Part shown: positions 51,331-64,000 of the stretch, piece after piece
Numbering within the stretch: the first letter of the stretch is position 1
Layout: the number at the start of each line of letters is the position of its first letter
DNA from: Rhynchobatus australiae
Taxonomy: Eukaryota
DNA length: 64,000 bases
Reading direction: 5' to 3'
Assembly: GCA_034780895.1 (NCBI GenBank)
Contig: JAUZTB010000011.1
Location: 50,021,798 to 50,085,797, forward strand
Translations under genes and position numbers: made by a program
Notes under the pieces: generated by a model
The model's database searches: none
Seen by the model: the letters and a program-made list of their open reading frames with translations, nothing else
What the model was told of the DNA's origin: nothing

Positions 51331-54139
51331 GGTCACCAGGGACATTGGGAATGTTTTAATGTCACACATAACCTCAAACTGGTCTACACTTCACGACTGT
51401 CAAGTGTTTTATATCTTTGCTTTAATTACTTCTATCCATCAATATTACTATCATTTAGGTGTACATTTCAATATTTTTATTAATAAAATGTCTTCGGTAC
51501 TGCTGATTGGGATACTGTAAAATTTATTCTAAAATGTATACAAGTTTAATCATACTCTTTATTTTTTTCTTCCCTTGGTTTCCAAAGAGAAAAACTTGTT
51601 CCCTTTTAGAAATTTGGAGAACAAACTCTGCTTTCTCAGAACTTAATCAGATGTTCAGAGATCAATGCAGCTCCAAGACTCTTGACTTTTTTGTAGATGC
51701 ATAAGTCTCTGACTTTCTTGAATAAAATATTTTATTCATTCAGGAATGGCAAGTGTCATTTACAATGACCAGCCTACCTTTTCTGTGTTGGTCAGAGGTG
51801 TACAGTAGGTTCACTGTACATCTATGGTCAGCTCCTTGGCATAATTATTCATTACACAAATGCAGCTTTGTTTTTGTGAAAGGCAGGGCAGGGACATGTT
51901 ATTAATTTTCAGGTGAAATTAATAAGGATGTGAATGCTTAGTGGAATTACTTTACTCCTTGAGAATGGCACAAAGGATGCATTGAATATATCAACATTGC
52001 TGGAGGGAGAAGAATGTGATGGGTGTGGAATTAAGTGAAATAATTTGAAATTGGGTCTGCAAATACCTGAGAGCAATTCCCTAATTAATGGATGGAGAAC
52101 TGCAGTTGCAGTTTTTGACTTCTATGAAGGTGATCCCGTTTGCCCCTCAGGACATTGCCTAAATAAGTTGGAGCTGCAGTTTACAACAATCAGCTTTGAG
52201 GTCAGCATTTACCATTGCTGTCGCAGTCTGAACAAACCTTGGTGGGGCATTACATTTGCTGGAGTCCATGCAGAAATATGCATCCAATCCTCTACTGGAT
52301 GATGAGCCCTGTGAAGTTAAGGCCCACTGATTTATTTCCCCCACCCCCCAAAGTATGCTCTAAGAAATGCAGGTATCGTTGACACTAAAAGGTCTGATTA
52401 ATCTGGTATGGGTCTTTCGTTCAATATCACTTAAAATGTGAACATGGCAGTTTGGAAGATTTAACATTATCAAATATATCAAACATCACATTCATAGTGC
52501 AAGGTGGCCTGTTGTGGCCTTTTATGGGAATTGAATCTTCTTCATATTTATTCCCCAACAAGATGGGCAAGATATATGGACCTCTATATAGAAAAAGGTT
52601 TTTTTAACTCGCTGTGGGTGATTGATGGTCATCTCCGTTGCATTGCTCTGTAACTTCGCAAGAAGTGTCCATTCACCTGCCACTGGTCACTCAGAAGCTT
52701 TTCCCTGCATTCTTTTCAAATAATTGCCAATTCCATTTTAAAGGCTGTTGGGCTGGAACTTCCTGGACTTGGCTCACAGCCCAGGATCTCCACTCACATA
52801 TCAATAACCAAAGGAAACTCCCTTGGAGCTCTGATCTCACTGACCCCATGTCTGCATCCTGGAATCAGATGGCAACTGGACCTTGTCCTGAGTGAGGGTC
52901 AGCTGGGGCATAACGGTGCCTGTGCTAGATTTTAAGTTTTTAACCGTTACTAACATTTGCATATTGGAAGACTATTAAATAGATGCAAATTATTCTTTAA
53001 AATTTACTATATTTAAACAAACTTGTCTATTTCCATGTGCTTTAATTAAAAGCAAGTAAAATAAAACTAATGTGATCTTGCCAAATTCTTTGCTTCATGC
53101 CTGCAAGCAAAGAATCCACTTTTTAATCAATGTGACTTCTGATTGTGTGAGGTTTTACCTGGCATGGGATTGAAGAGCCAATTTTCCCAGCATGGTGCTT
53201 GTGAATCTCAGCAATACTTGCCCCTACTGCTGCACTTGTGATGCTGTCTGTCACTCAGTAAGTCTTGCACTTCTCATAAAATTATGTAAGCCTGGGATTC
53301 TGGTCAGAGTGGCTGAACACTGCCAGTTCCCTCTGCAACCACAAACCTCAGCTAGAAAAATTTTGCCCCCTCATATTCTGTCATATGAGGTGAATATTCT
53401 ATTATTGATAAAACTGAGTCCCTTATTAATGTGTATTTCTGTACCATCTTGTAGCTAATTTGAACCAATGGAAGTAAGTACCTACTATTTTTCTTCCAGT
53501 CATTGTTCATTTTGAAATAATTCATTATGCATCACTTCCTACCTTAAACTGTTGGGAACTCTTTTGATGTGCTATTGGTTGGGAGTGGAGTAATGAGGGA
53601 TGGATGCTTTCTTAGGTTACTTTTATCCCTGGCATCATTCCCCTAGATCTTTATGGAGATTGGGTAGGAAGGTGGATTGAAGATAAAGATGAGAACAGGC
53701 ATGATTGTATTGAATGGTAGAGCAGACTTAAGAGGACAATGTAACTAACTCTTCTCATTTTTTGTTTTGTATTGCTATTTTATCTGCTTCTGATTATTCC
53801 TGCAACGAAGTCCCCAAAACCCACACAGAACCAATCAGACCAGCAATATCCTTGGTGTGCAGTTATTCTTGGATTTTGCCTAAGTTTTCATGGACCTCTA
53901 AAAGTATGCATGCCTGATGATTCTGCTGGCAAGGGGGTCAATAACCAAAGGAAAAAGACATAAATTAGGTCTAATGATACTTCCTTTACACAGCAAATTG
54001 TAAATGATCTAGATTACGTTATCTGAAAGAGTGGTAGAAACATGTGATTGGTAACTCTCAAGAAATTAAAAAAGCAAGAATTTGTAGGAGGGTGGGACTA
54101 ATCAGCTCTTCAATAAATGAGCTGAATGGCCTTTTCTGT

Positions 54140-55430
54140 CAAAGTAGAGTTGATTGTCATATCCACAAGTACATGTAAGCAGCATTCACAAGAAAAACAG
54201 CACAAATTATATGCTATTTTTACAAGAACACAATTGAACAAAAATACAGTCCATATTAGTGTAAAGTGGTCATGGTATTGCTAAACTATAGTGCTTAGGG
54301 TTTTGCCAGTTGGTTCAAGAACGGAATGGTTGAAGGGAAGTAACTGTTCTTGATCTTGGTGGTGTGGGACTTCAGGTTTCTGTATCTCTGGTCTAATGGT
54401 AGCTGTGAAAAGATGGTATGGCCTGGATGTGGGGTTCTTTGGATGTTACCTTGAGGTGATGCCTCCTGTAGATACTATCAGTGATGGAGAGTGATGTGCC
54501 TGTGATACATTAGGCAGAGTCCACTACTCTCTGCTGCTTCTTGTGTTCCTTCATATTTCAATTGCCGTACCAGAGCACGATGCAACCAGTCAGGATACTT
54601 TCAACAGTACATCTGTAGAAGTTTGTTAGCTGTTTGGTGACAAGCCAAACTTAACCTCCTAAGAAAGTAAAGACTTTGGCACCCACTCCTTATGATTGCA
54701 TCTATGTGCTGGGCCCAGGACAGGTCACTCAATACATTAACACCCAGGAATTTGAGCTGCCAACTCCCTCCACTGCCGATTGCCCAATGTATACAGGTGC
54801 ATGTTCACCCTCCTTGCCCTTCCTGAAGTCAACAATCAGTTCTTTAGTTTTACTGACATTGAACAAGAGGTGGTTGTTATGGCACCCCTTAACCAGGTGT
54901 CCTATCTCACTCCGGTAAGCTCCCTCATCACCACCTGTGATTTGTCCGAGAACAGTGGTGTCATTGCGAATTTGAAGATGCATTGTAGCTGTGCTTAGCC
55001 ACACAATCGTGTATAGAGACTAGAGCAGGGGGCTAAACACAGCCTTGAGGTGCACCTGTGTTGATGATCAGCGAGGAGGAGATATTGTTACCAATCCTCA
55101 CTGATTTGGGTCTGCCAATGAGGAAGTCGAATATCCAGTTGCAGAGGGAGGTACAGAGGCCCAGGTCTTGAAGCTTAATGTTTGGATAGGATGATTATGT
55201 TGAATACTGAGCTGTAGTCGATGAACCTGATATGAGTTCCTGTTGTCCAGATGGTCCAGTGAAGAGTCAGAGGAATCACATCTGCTGTGGACCTGTTGTG
55301 GTGGTAGGCAAATTGGAGTGGATCCAGGTCATCTGAGGCAGGAGTTGATTCATGCCTTAACCATTACTGTTGATGTAAGTGCTACCGGATGGTAGTCACT
55401 GAGGCAAGTCACTATGCTCTTTGGTACTGT
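54140..55430 (-). mobile_element. Rex1/Babar-like LINE reverse transcriptase 3' fragment
   Basis: ORF 54729..55004 contains DTTVLGQITGGDEGAYRSEI...NNHLLFNVSKTKELIVDFRK. Confidence 0.9.
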
Positions 55431-58400
55431 CATGTAATACATCATGTAATTTCTATCCCTTACTGTCAAACCACTTGCAAAGGCTTTCTGGATCCTTAAA
55501 TAAGGAATGATAACATTGGCTGAGGTATCAAAGGTCTTTCATTGTCCAGCATGATTCACTGCCTTCAAGGGGGATAAAGAGATCATTGGGGGGTGGGGGG
55601 AGAAATTAGTTTTGCATATTTTGGGTGCAAGTAAGTATTGAGGTAAATGTAAAATTCTGTATTACTATTCATTGCACATCCAGTTTAGTGCTGTAAAATA
55701 ACTTGTTCCTTAATTTGGAATTGAGACAACTTTTGACATTTGAAAATGATTATTGACCAATTGAATAGTGAATGTGTGGATGAAGACTACAAAAACTTTA
55801 TTTGCATTGTGTGATTATATTGAGTATTCTGTATATGTAGTGTCATGCCTGTGACAAATTATGACACAAAATGAACTTGTATGTTTATCTGGACTGTTTC
55901 CCATAATGTGTATTGGATAGCTTTAACAGAACATTGGGATGTAGCTTGATGTCTAATATATTCCTCATTGGATTTCAATGGTGTTATTATGAACAAACCA
56001 GATAATTCCCCACTGATCCAAAAGTTTTTCAGATTGATCATGGGCTGTTCTGGAGGCTCTAACAGTCAGATTCAGAAGGCTGAATTATATGGAATGCTTT
56101 GTGAATATATCAATGGAGAATATTTAAATAAAAACTTACATTTGGACAATATTTCTTCCAATGAAGAATATGACCAGAGAATCCCAAGTTTGATTCTTGG
56201 CATCATCAGTTAATCTGAGTTAAGTAACAGTAATGTACTACAGTTGGCCTTGGAATCCCTTGAGTAGGGAAGGACAACTCTGTTCTGCTTATAACGATCA
56301 AATGGATTCTGTTACACACTATGTGAATATCAAGTGAGGATATTTAATTCGTGTCCTACAGTATATCGTATATGCTTGTGGATTTAATTTGATAAAATTA
56401 TATTTTAAATTACAGTTCATAATTTAATTCAGGAGAAAATATTTGCAAGAAAAGATAAAACAGGGGGGAGTTTATTCCTTTTGTACTGGTGAAAGCAGTA
56501 GTTTTTTCACAAATTTGAATTTGGTCACTGAAGTACAGGCACAATAATGACGTCTTGTCTTTGTATTGTGTGTTTTTGACAGCGATGTATGCGTATATAG
56601 CATATATGCACCCCACTGTATACAAAGTTATCACTTTTATCAGCCAAAATGATGACAATTACCAACTAGAATTAGTGTCAATTTCAATTTTTTTGATTAG
56701 AGCACTTGTGCTCCATTCATTTTCATTAAAAAATAAATATAGAAAAGGTTGCTGACAATCTCATTAGCATTTTTTTCAATGCAACTTTTATTCAGTTAAA
56801 TTGAGAAGGAGTCACTGAGCAACAAGTGGTTCCAAATACTTGTAATAAGTTCACATAAATTGAACAAGCCTTTCCATATTTATACTGTAAAATTGCATGT
56901 TTCATACTATGTGAACTTGTTACTCTGGCAATGTTTGTTTATTTTTGTGTTCTAAATCCCTCATCCAGATATTCACTCAGGCTGACTTGCTAATTTTGTT
57001 GGCTAGTGTTTGACAGTTTGTAGTTTTTGACCAAATGTTTCTATATGTATTACTTGGTTTAATATGTAAATATCATGCAACAAATTGAGAAGAATGATTC
57101 ATGAAGATTGACCAATCAGCAATGGAAAATTTCTGCACACAAATTGTAGCACTGCTCACTTTCAGCCAAGGGNNNNNNNNNNNNNNNNNNNNNNNNNNNN
57201 NNNNNNNNNNNNNNNNNNNNNNNNNNNNNNNNNNNNNNNNNNNNNNNNNNNNNNNNNNNNNNNNNNNNNNNNGGGTACTGCATAAAATTAATGGCATGTA
57301 AAACCATCTGTTTACACAGTTAGTTCTGCTTCAGTGAAAATCCTGTAGGCAAAACTACTCAAAGGTTGACAAATACATTTGCAGAAGGCTAAAATGTCCT
57401 TTACCAGCATCCAACTTCCTAACATGCAATTCAATCAGATTTCTGGAACCAGATTTTTCAGTGATTTGACCAGGAGGAAGAACAACTTTTAACCCTATTG
57501 GTATGGGTAACACCTCACTTTGGCAATGTATATATGTAAATAAATATTTGATAATTATGAAAATTCCCCAGTTCGTTCATGCTCTCAAGTTCTGCTTATT
57601 ATATTGAGAGGAACATCATAATTTCAATCAATCCAATTATTCCTTATCCACACATTTCTACATTGGAGCCAATGGGTAGATATTAGATATTGCTCACTCA
57701 TCCCCTCTGTGTGCTTGCTCGCCCTCTTTCTCACATCTTCCCACTTGCTCCCTTTCTCTCCAACCCAAAGGAATGGATTTCATTAATGCCATTTTAATGA
57801 AATTGATTACTTTAATGCTGTTCAGGCTAATATTTCAAAATGGGCTCTCTCTGATTATGGTCAGCTGAATAATTTACCAGCATCTTGAGATGATGTATCC
57901 CTGCATTTGTACATGCAATTTCTAGATGGGTTGTAAGGCTAGTTGCAACTTTTCTGTTTTTTTGGTACTGTTGGGTAAAATACATCTTTTCATGCATTTT
58001 TAAGACATTTTTAATAACCCCATTACAGTAAAATGTAATTATTTCTGTAAAAGGGGAAGAAGTTGTTTATGGAAGTATCTAAGAGCTTAAATTGCATGCC
58101 TAATAACTTTAAAACGTCAGACAAATTCCATTTGTAAAACCTTAACTTCTGAGCTGCGTGTACAAACAATTTCTGATGAAGAATGTTTTTCCTCTTTTTG
58201 AGAGAGCTTCAAACTTGCTCCTTTTTCTTCCCTTACCAACTTGCACTGAGAGGGTAGTTATTTAACAGTTTGGCAAGGTTCCAATCCACTAGAACAATTG
58301 TGGGTAATGCTTCCTTTGTGGGCTTCCATCTTTTATTTTTGTTTGCCCTTCCCCCTACTTCCCTTCCCAAGTTTTTATAGGTCCTAATGAGCTCCATTTG

Positions 58401-58918
58401 GTTCTTTGTTGTACTTTGTCAGCTAAGATGACAGTTTCCCATGTGCAAGAATTAAATGGGATGGGACATCTCTACTAACTTGAAACAATGTAGTACTGTG
58501 TTATGCTTATTAAAAGGATAACATTTGACATCAAGGCCTTACAGCCATCAGTTTTCTACCTCCTAACTATAACTGGATTGAAACTTTGACCTCATTTGCA
58601 GAATAAATGAGGAATATATGAACACTAGTTAAAGTCCAGTCCATGGGGCTCACTGGCTGCATCTGAATAGAATATTGCAAGTCTCAAAGCTATGTATGAA
58701 TTAATTACAGCAAGATTATGCTCTAGTAATCTGCCTTATACTGTTGTGTGCAAGACCTTTGCCTAATTACACAACTTAAAAGATTTATTTAGCAATACTT
58801 GGTTTCTTTGTTTTGATTTTTTTTCATTTGTGTAAAACATTTTTTTGGGAGGGTTTTTTATTATTATTTTTCTGGTAATCATGTAATTGTTGAGCTTGCA
58901 ATATTTCACTCTGCTTAG

Positions 58919-59071
<153 letters not shown>

Positions 59072-62000
59072 TGAGCCTTTGCTACAGGTAATGCTTGACT
59101 TGTTTTTTTTAAGCTGTCGAGCCAACCTTCGTAGTATTCCTTGTGGAAAACTTTTAACTAAGGAGATTACTATATTTTGTTGTGCTAGTCTCTGACTGGC
59201 GAGAGCTAAATCAAAACAGTGTGCAGATCACTGAGCAGGTCAGGCTGGGAGGACATAAACTCTTTGAAGCTTTACAAGTGTTGACCTAACGACCACTGTG
59301 GGCCCCAAATTGGAGAGCAGTTTTAACTCCTCCTCTGCCAGAGATCCAAAGCATGTATTAACCACAATGGTGTATGCTTTTTATCGCACTAACCTGGCTT
59401 GCCTTTTCAAGATAAGCTGGTAATCATTTCAAAGCAATGAATAAATCTATCCATTTTAATTTTTGGCAGTTACTCCGCTTCGATTCAATAGAAAAAAACA
59501 AGCGCTTAGTCATTGTTGCTTTCAGTCCCATTCCCATTGCATGTTATAATCTTTGGGTGTAATGAGGACTTGGTAAATTATGGTGATGAAAAAATATAAT
59601 TTACCCCTTGTGTAGCTATTGAAGGGCATCTCTTTGCTTTAGAGATCTGTTATATAGTCCATTGATGTGCTTGCACTGCAGTGTTTCATTTCTGCTTTCC
59701 CAGTATGGGCCCACCACTTGTGAGTTTGCGTTTAGTACTGCCAAAGTATCCCAGACAGACTTGAATGTGCGCCAAGACTTTCTTTGCGGTCGGATACTTA
59801 ATCTCTTCCAGGCCTTTTGAGTCAAAGAGCTCAAGTGTAACTGAAGGCAAAACGAAAGGGGGGAGCATGGGTGCTGGTAGAGAATAGATCTAAACAAGCC
59901 TAAATAGAGACAAGCTGTTGGTTGTATTGAACTTGAAAGAGTTTCCCTCTCACATGTGAGGTCAGGGACATTATATTGTGGTTTTCATTTATTTTGTTCT
60001 GCAAGCCAAGAACATTTTTATAAGTTGCTAACCTTCATTGGCAGCTTGAGTACACTTTGTACCACAAATATATTTTTTGTGTATCTGTGTTCCTTTCACT
60101 GCCCATCATTGCTGGGTGTAAGTTGCAGTCGCCAGAACGGAGTAAAATAAGTGTGATTCTGGGTGAACACTGCTTTCTTTTTGTGGTGTTAAGAGAATTG
60201 GGTACGATGTCCTTTTAATTAACCTTTTATCTGATTTCAAAAAAACTAAGCCAGTAAAACTATACTTTTGCATGGCTGAATTAAGATGCTGATATTTCCC
60301 ACAGTACAACTAGTGCCATCATATTGACTATGCCAATCCAGCACTGATGATGGTATGTGGTGTAATAAATTTTATGGACCTGGATAATTATTCTTAGTTT
60401 GGGCTTGGTGTTTCCAGCACAAATTGCACCTATTTCAAGTATTTTTCCAACAATCTAAATTTCTACTTGTAGAATTGGGGAGCATTTAAAATTATTAAAT
60501 TTTCCTTTATATGAACTTCCTTTATAACCAGGCAACTTCAGTTAAGCAGTTTAATCATTATCAAACTACCACGGTAACCTGATTTTGAATTACTGAAGTT
60601 CCCCTTTCAAAAACTGTAACAATATTCTCCTTTGTATTGGTGCAGTGTTCAGTTTCTTTGTAAATGAAAGTAAACTTTGTAATTCGAGGTTTTTAAATGT
60701 ATCTTTTAATGTTCTTCTGGCCAGAAGAACCAGTTTACTTTTTAAAGTCTTGCTGAAGAACAGTAAATGGATACAGTTTGTAGAAACTCTCCAGTAGTGA
60801 TCAGTCCTCAGACTGGCAAAGCTGCCAGGGTGAACAAGGTCTGTTTCCAACAATCTGCTTTCAAAACCAGTGCAAAAGATCACAAAGTAAATTTGAGCTG
60901 GCTTTTTTTGTGCTTAATGTTCTGTGGTACTTTCACATTAGTTGTACTAAGTTTGACCAAATAGAATCTGGTGGAAAAAATAAAGAACACAATCAAGCAG
61001 TCCAAAATACTTAGACCACCCTGAACATCTTGTATGCGTATCTTAATGCTTATGGAAAATACTAAGCTACCACATTAATGTATTGGATGCACTGTAAAAT
61101 AATATGCAGCAATTTACGAGCATTGGGGAAGGAGAGAACAGAATCTGTAAGGATGTATTTGGATTCGTACATGTTTCAGGAGTTTGCGGGAGGTGGAAAG
61201 GGGAGCTGTTCCCAATCCTTAATGATAAGTGAAAAATCTGTTCTTTGAACCACTTGCTGAGTAAAGTGAGGAAGTATCTGGTTTCATGGTGGTCTGTAGT
61301 AAATCGTTATTGTCTGGGATTTGGCCTGATACATTTTATGACCAAAGAATCGAAGGAAACGGCATAATTATTTCTGCCATTTGTAGATGAAACAGTGGTA
61401 AAATTGCAGAAGTCTAATTTGCTTATTTTAATACATTTTTTAACTGTTATTGCATGACTGTAATAAAGCATAAGTTCCTGCATCACCAACATATTGTTGG
61501 GAAACTTGCTAGTGCAGGACAGCTGAACATTATATTGGAGAGACTGTTGGAGCAGAAGAGGTAAATAATTACTGCATTGCAACTAGTTACACTCTCTGTA
61601 TTGTTGCATTTGATTTCACATTTGAATGTGAAGAATAGCTGGAACATTTTACTGCTGCAAGTTTGCAAAACTGGTTAGGTGATCTAAGATTGCGTTAATA
61701 AGTGAACATTTGGTTCCACATTAATGTATGGCATGCATGTATAAAGAAGTAATTGGTGCACAGTGTCAACCATATTGGTGCTACAGACAGTTGGTATAAC
61801 AAGCCTGAACTAGAAAGTTGAGGCTCATTATAAAAAGGCAACACCACAATTTTGCTTGGCCAAAGCATCTACCTCACATGATGGGTCACTTGCTGGAGCT
61901 ATTTAAATCTTAATAATTAGCCCATTGGCTGCCTTTTCAATGCAAAAGCTCAAGCAGAATTCATCAATTTAAGACTTCTATTACCCAAGCCTACACACAA

Positions 62001-63029
62001 AGCTGCAGATTCAAGAATTCTGCATAGATATATTTTGTTGCTTTTGGTAATTGTACAATTCATCATGAAAGTAATTTGTGTGTAATTAGTATCTTCTATC
62101 AAGATAATCTCTGCAGAACAAGTAATTGGCCAAACCAGCAAAAGTGAAACATGTTTCTCAATGAATCAGTGTTAATACATTGACATGCTCTGTGCTGGGA
62201 TTATTGCTGTTCACATTGTACACAAGTGATCTGGAATTGATCAGAAATAATTGTGCATATCAAATTTAATGCACTTGTGTATGAAGCAACTAGAAATGGA
62301 TCTGCATAAGTTGAGAAGTTCTTTGGTGCAATTCATAATGAGGATAGATGTAAATTTGAGTCCAATAAAAAAAAGTAATGACTTCAGGATGAACAAAGTG
62401 ACCTGGAAAACATTGGTGGATAATTAACTTGGACCAATAGAACAGCATGGGGCTGCAGTAAGGATAGGTAGTTTGTGAGGTGTAGCTAGAACAATGGATG
62501 GGATGGGAAATCCCAAGAGGAATATTGAATCTATAAGTGGCTCTGTTCAGTGGTACGTTTATTAATCTGAAGTTTTGATTACTGATACAACAAACGTATC
62601 CATTGGATTTTGTCCATCATTGCTACCATCTGACATCAGTCCTAGGCATCAAAATCATTGGTGTAAATCAGACTGGATTACTACATTCATACTCCCTGTA
62701 ACCAAACTATCAATCTTCCAAAAGATGACACCCTTGGAGTCCTTTTCATAATCCTGTGTTTAAAAAAAATCCAAAAAAAAAAGTATTAGCAGAAACCCAT
62801 GGTATGACACTTCACAGCACTGACTAGAAAGGTCCCAGATTAAATCCATGCTCTAGAGTTAACCATTGTGGAATTACAATTTGGTGTGTTTTTAGTGGGA
62901 AGTGTTTACACATTCTAGCTTTACAAAGGGCACATGAGAATTGCAAATAGAAATGTATGTAAAATTGTGGTTGATCCAACCAGACAAAGTTATCTCTGAA
63001 TTAGGGCCATTGAATTTTTATGTATATTT

Positions 63030-63210
63030 AAAATGGGCAGATGGAGCCTTGACTAAAAGTTGCACTCAAAGCAAAGCTCATTTGACAATGTAGTATTCCC
63101 CTCAGCATTGCAGTGAAGTGTTATCCTAGATGTGGTCTGGTGTTGTGCTTGAACCCACAACTTTCTGATTTAGGGTGGAGTGGGGAGGAAAGTCACTGAA
63201 CTCGCCCAAA
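63030..63210 (-). mobile_element. Deu-domain SINE 5' fragment
   Basis: ggcagatggagcct...gacaatgtagtattcccctcagcattgcagtg...cctagat...cttgaacccacaactttctga, with a reverse B-box. Confidence 0.65.
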
Positions 63211-63809
63211 GTTGGAAAGCCTGGAAAAAATATAGTAATTTTGACTCTTATCTGTGTCATATTTACTTAGGAAAATTTGCCTGAACTAAATTTTGGAATC
63301 ATCCTTGTTACTTAAATCTCCATCTACATCTTTGCATATAGACTATTATATTTAATGCCAAATAACAATTTGGCTCTAATAAAATAAAATATCCCAGAAA
63401 CCTTGCTGATTAGTCCAATGAATCTTTCCATAATTACCTGCTTTCAGTTTTACATTGTATTATAATCTAATTATAGGGGCTCCTCAGGTCTTGTGCCTTA
63501 TGGAAATCTGACCGTACGCAAATTCTCCATACATTTTTAAAGCACTTTTCAAGCTAGTAATAATAATCAAATACTTTGTGTTATTCATTAATGACTGGAT
63601 ACAGTATGTATTTCATCAGTTTAATTATGGTTAGTGTTAGGATGATTATTCAATGAAATGAACGAATTATGACAAGTGTACGTGGAGTGATTATGATGAA
63701 GGTTACTATAGAAAACAGAAATTGGTTTACGGACCATTCTCAGGAATGGAACCCTTGTGTAATGCACATTCTGCCTGTACTTTAATAAACAACTACTGGA
63801 GATTGAATT

Positions 63810-64000
63810 TGACGTGCAGTGCACAAATATTTAAGCTGAGAGGAGGTAAGTTCAAAGGAGATGTGTGGGATTTTTTACAGTGATGGGTGCCAGGGATGTG
63901 CTACCAGGGTGGTAGTGGAGGCAAATATGATAGAGATGTTTAAGAGGCTCATAGGTTGGTACATGAATGTGCAGAGGATGGAAGGATATAAACATTATGT
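63810..64000 (+). mobile_element. CR1-type LINE 3' end
   Basis: aagttcaaaggagatgtg...ccagggtggtagtggaggca...tttaagaggctc...acatgaatgtgcag. Confidence 0.75.

Noticed and set aside
52050-52900. Higher-GC stretch with short ORFs, possibly another transposon remnant
   Set aside because: No motif I can assign with confidence.

Overview
This window is AT-rich, repeat-dense vertebrate DNA from a gapped draft scaffold (13 N-runs). The repeat families (CR1, Rex1-like, V-SINE, Deu-SINE, Penelope-type terminal repeats) point to a cartilaginous fish, probably a ray; this is an inference. The window lies inside the YAP1 gene on the + strand. It has two intact coding exons: 40866-40984 (end of WW1 plus linker) and 58953-59066 (the 114-nt WW2 exon, alternatively spliced in mammals). 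Most of the rest is intron filled with decayed LINEs (CR1, L2, RTE, Rex1-like), SINEs, MITEs and a Harbinger remnant. The most striking observation is a single intact, splice-site-bounded FRMD6 (Willin) coding exon on the - strand at 9990-10145. It sits in a block of about 2 kb whose strand composition is flipped and which abuts a 100-N gap. FRMD6 is an upstream Hippo regulator, but misassembly or a duplicated fragment is at least as likely as a real nested gene. Secondary observations are a near-perfect 33-bp hairpin inside an old SINE, hammerhead-like Penelope-type repeats and a compact SOX/RBPJ/AP-1-ARE motif cluster. I see no convincing new multi-gene system. Family assignments come from remembered motifs, not from searches, and repeat boundaries are approximate.
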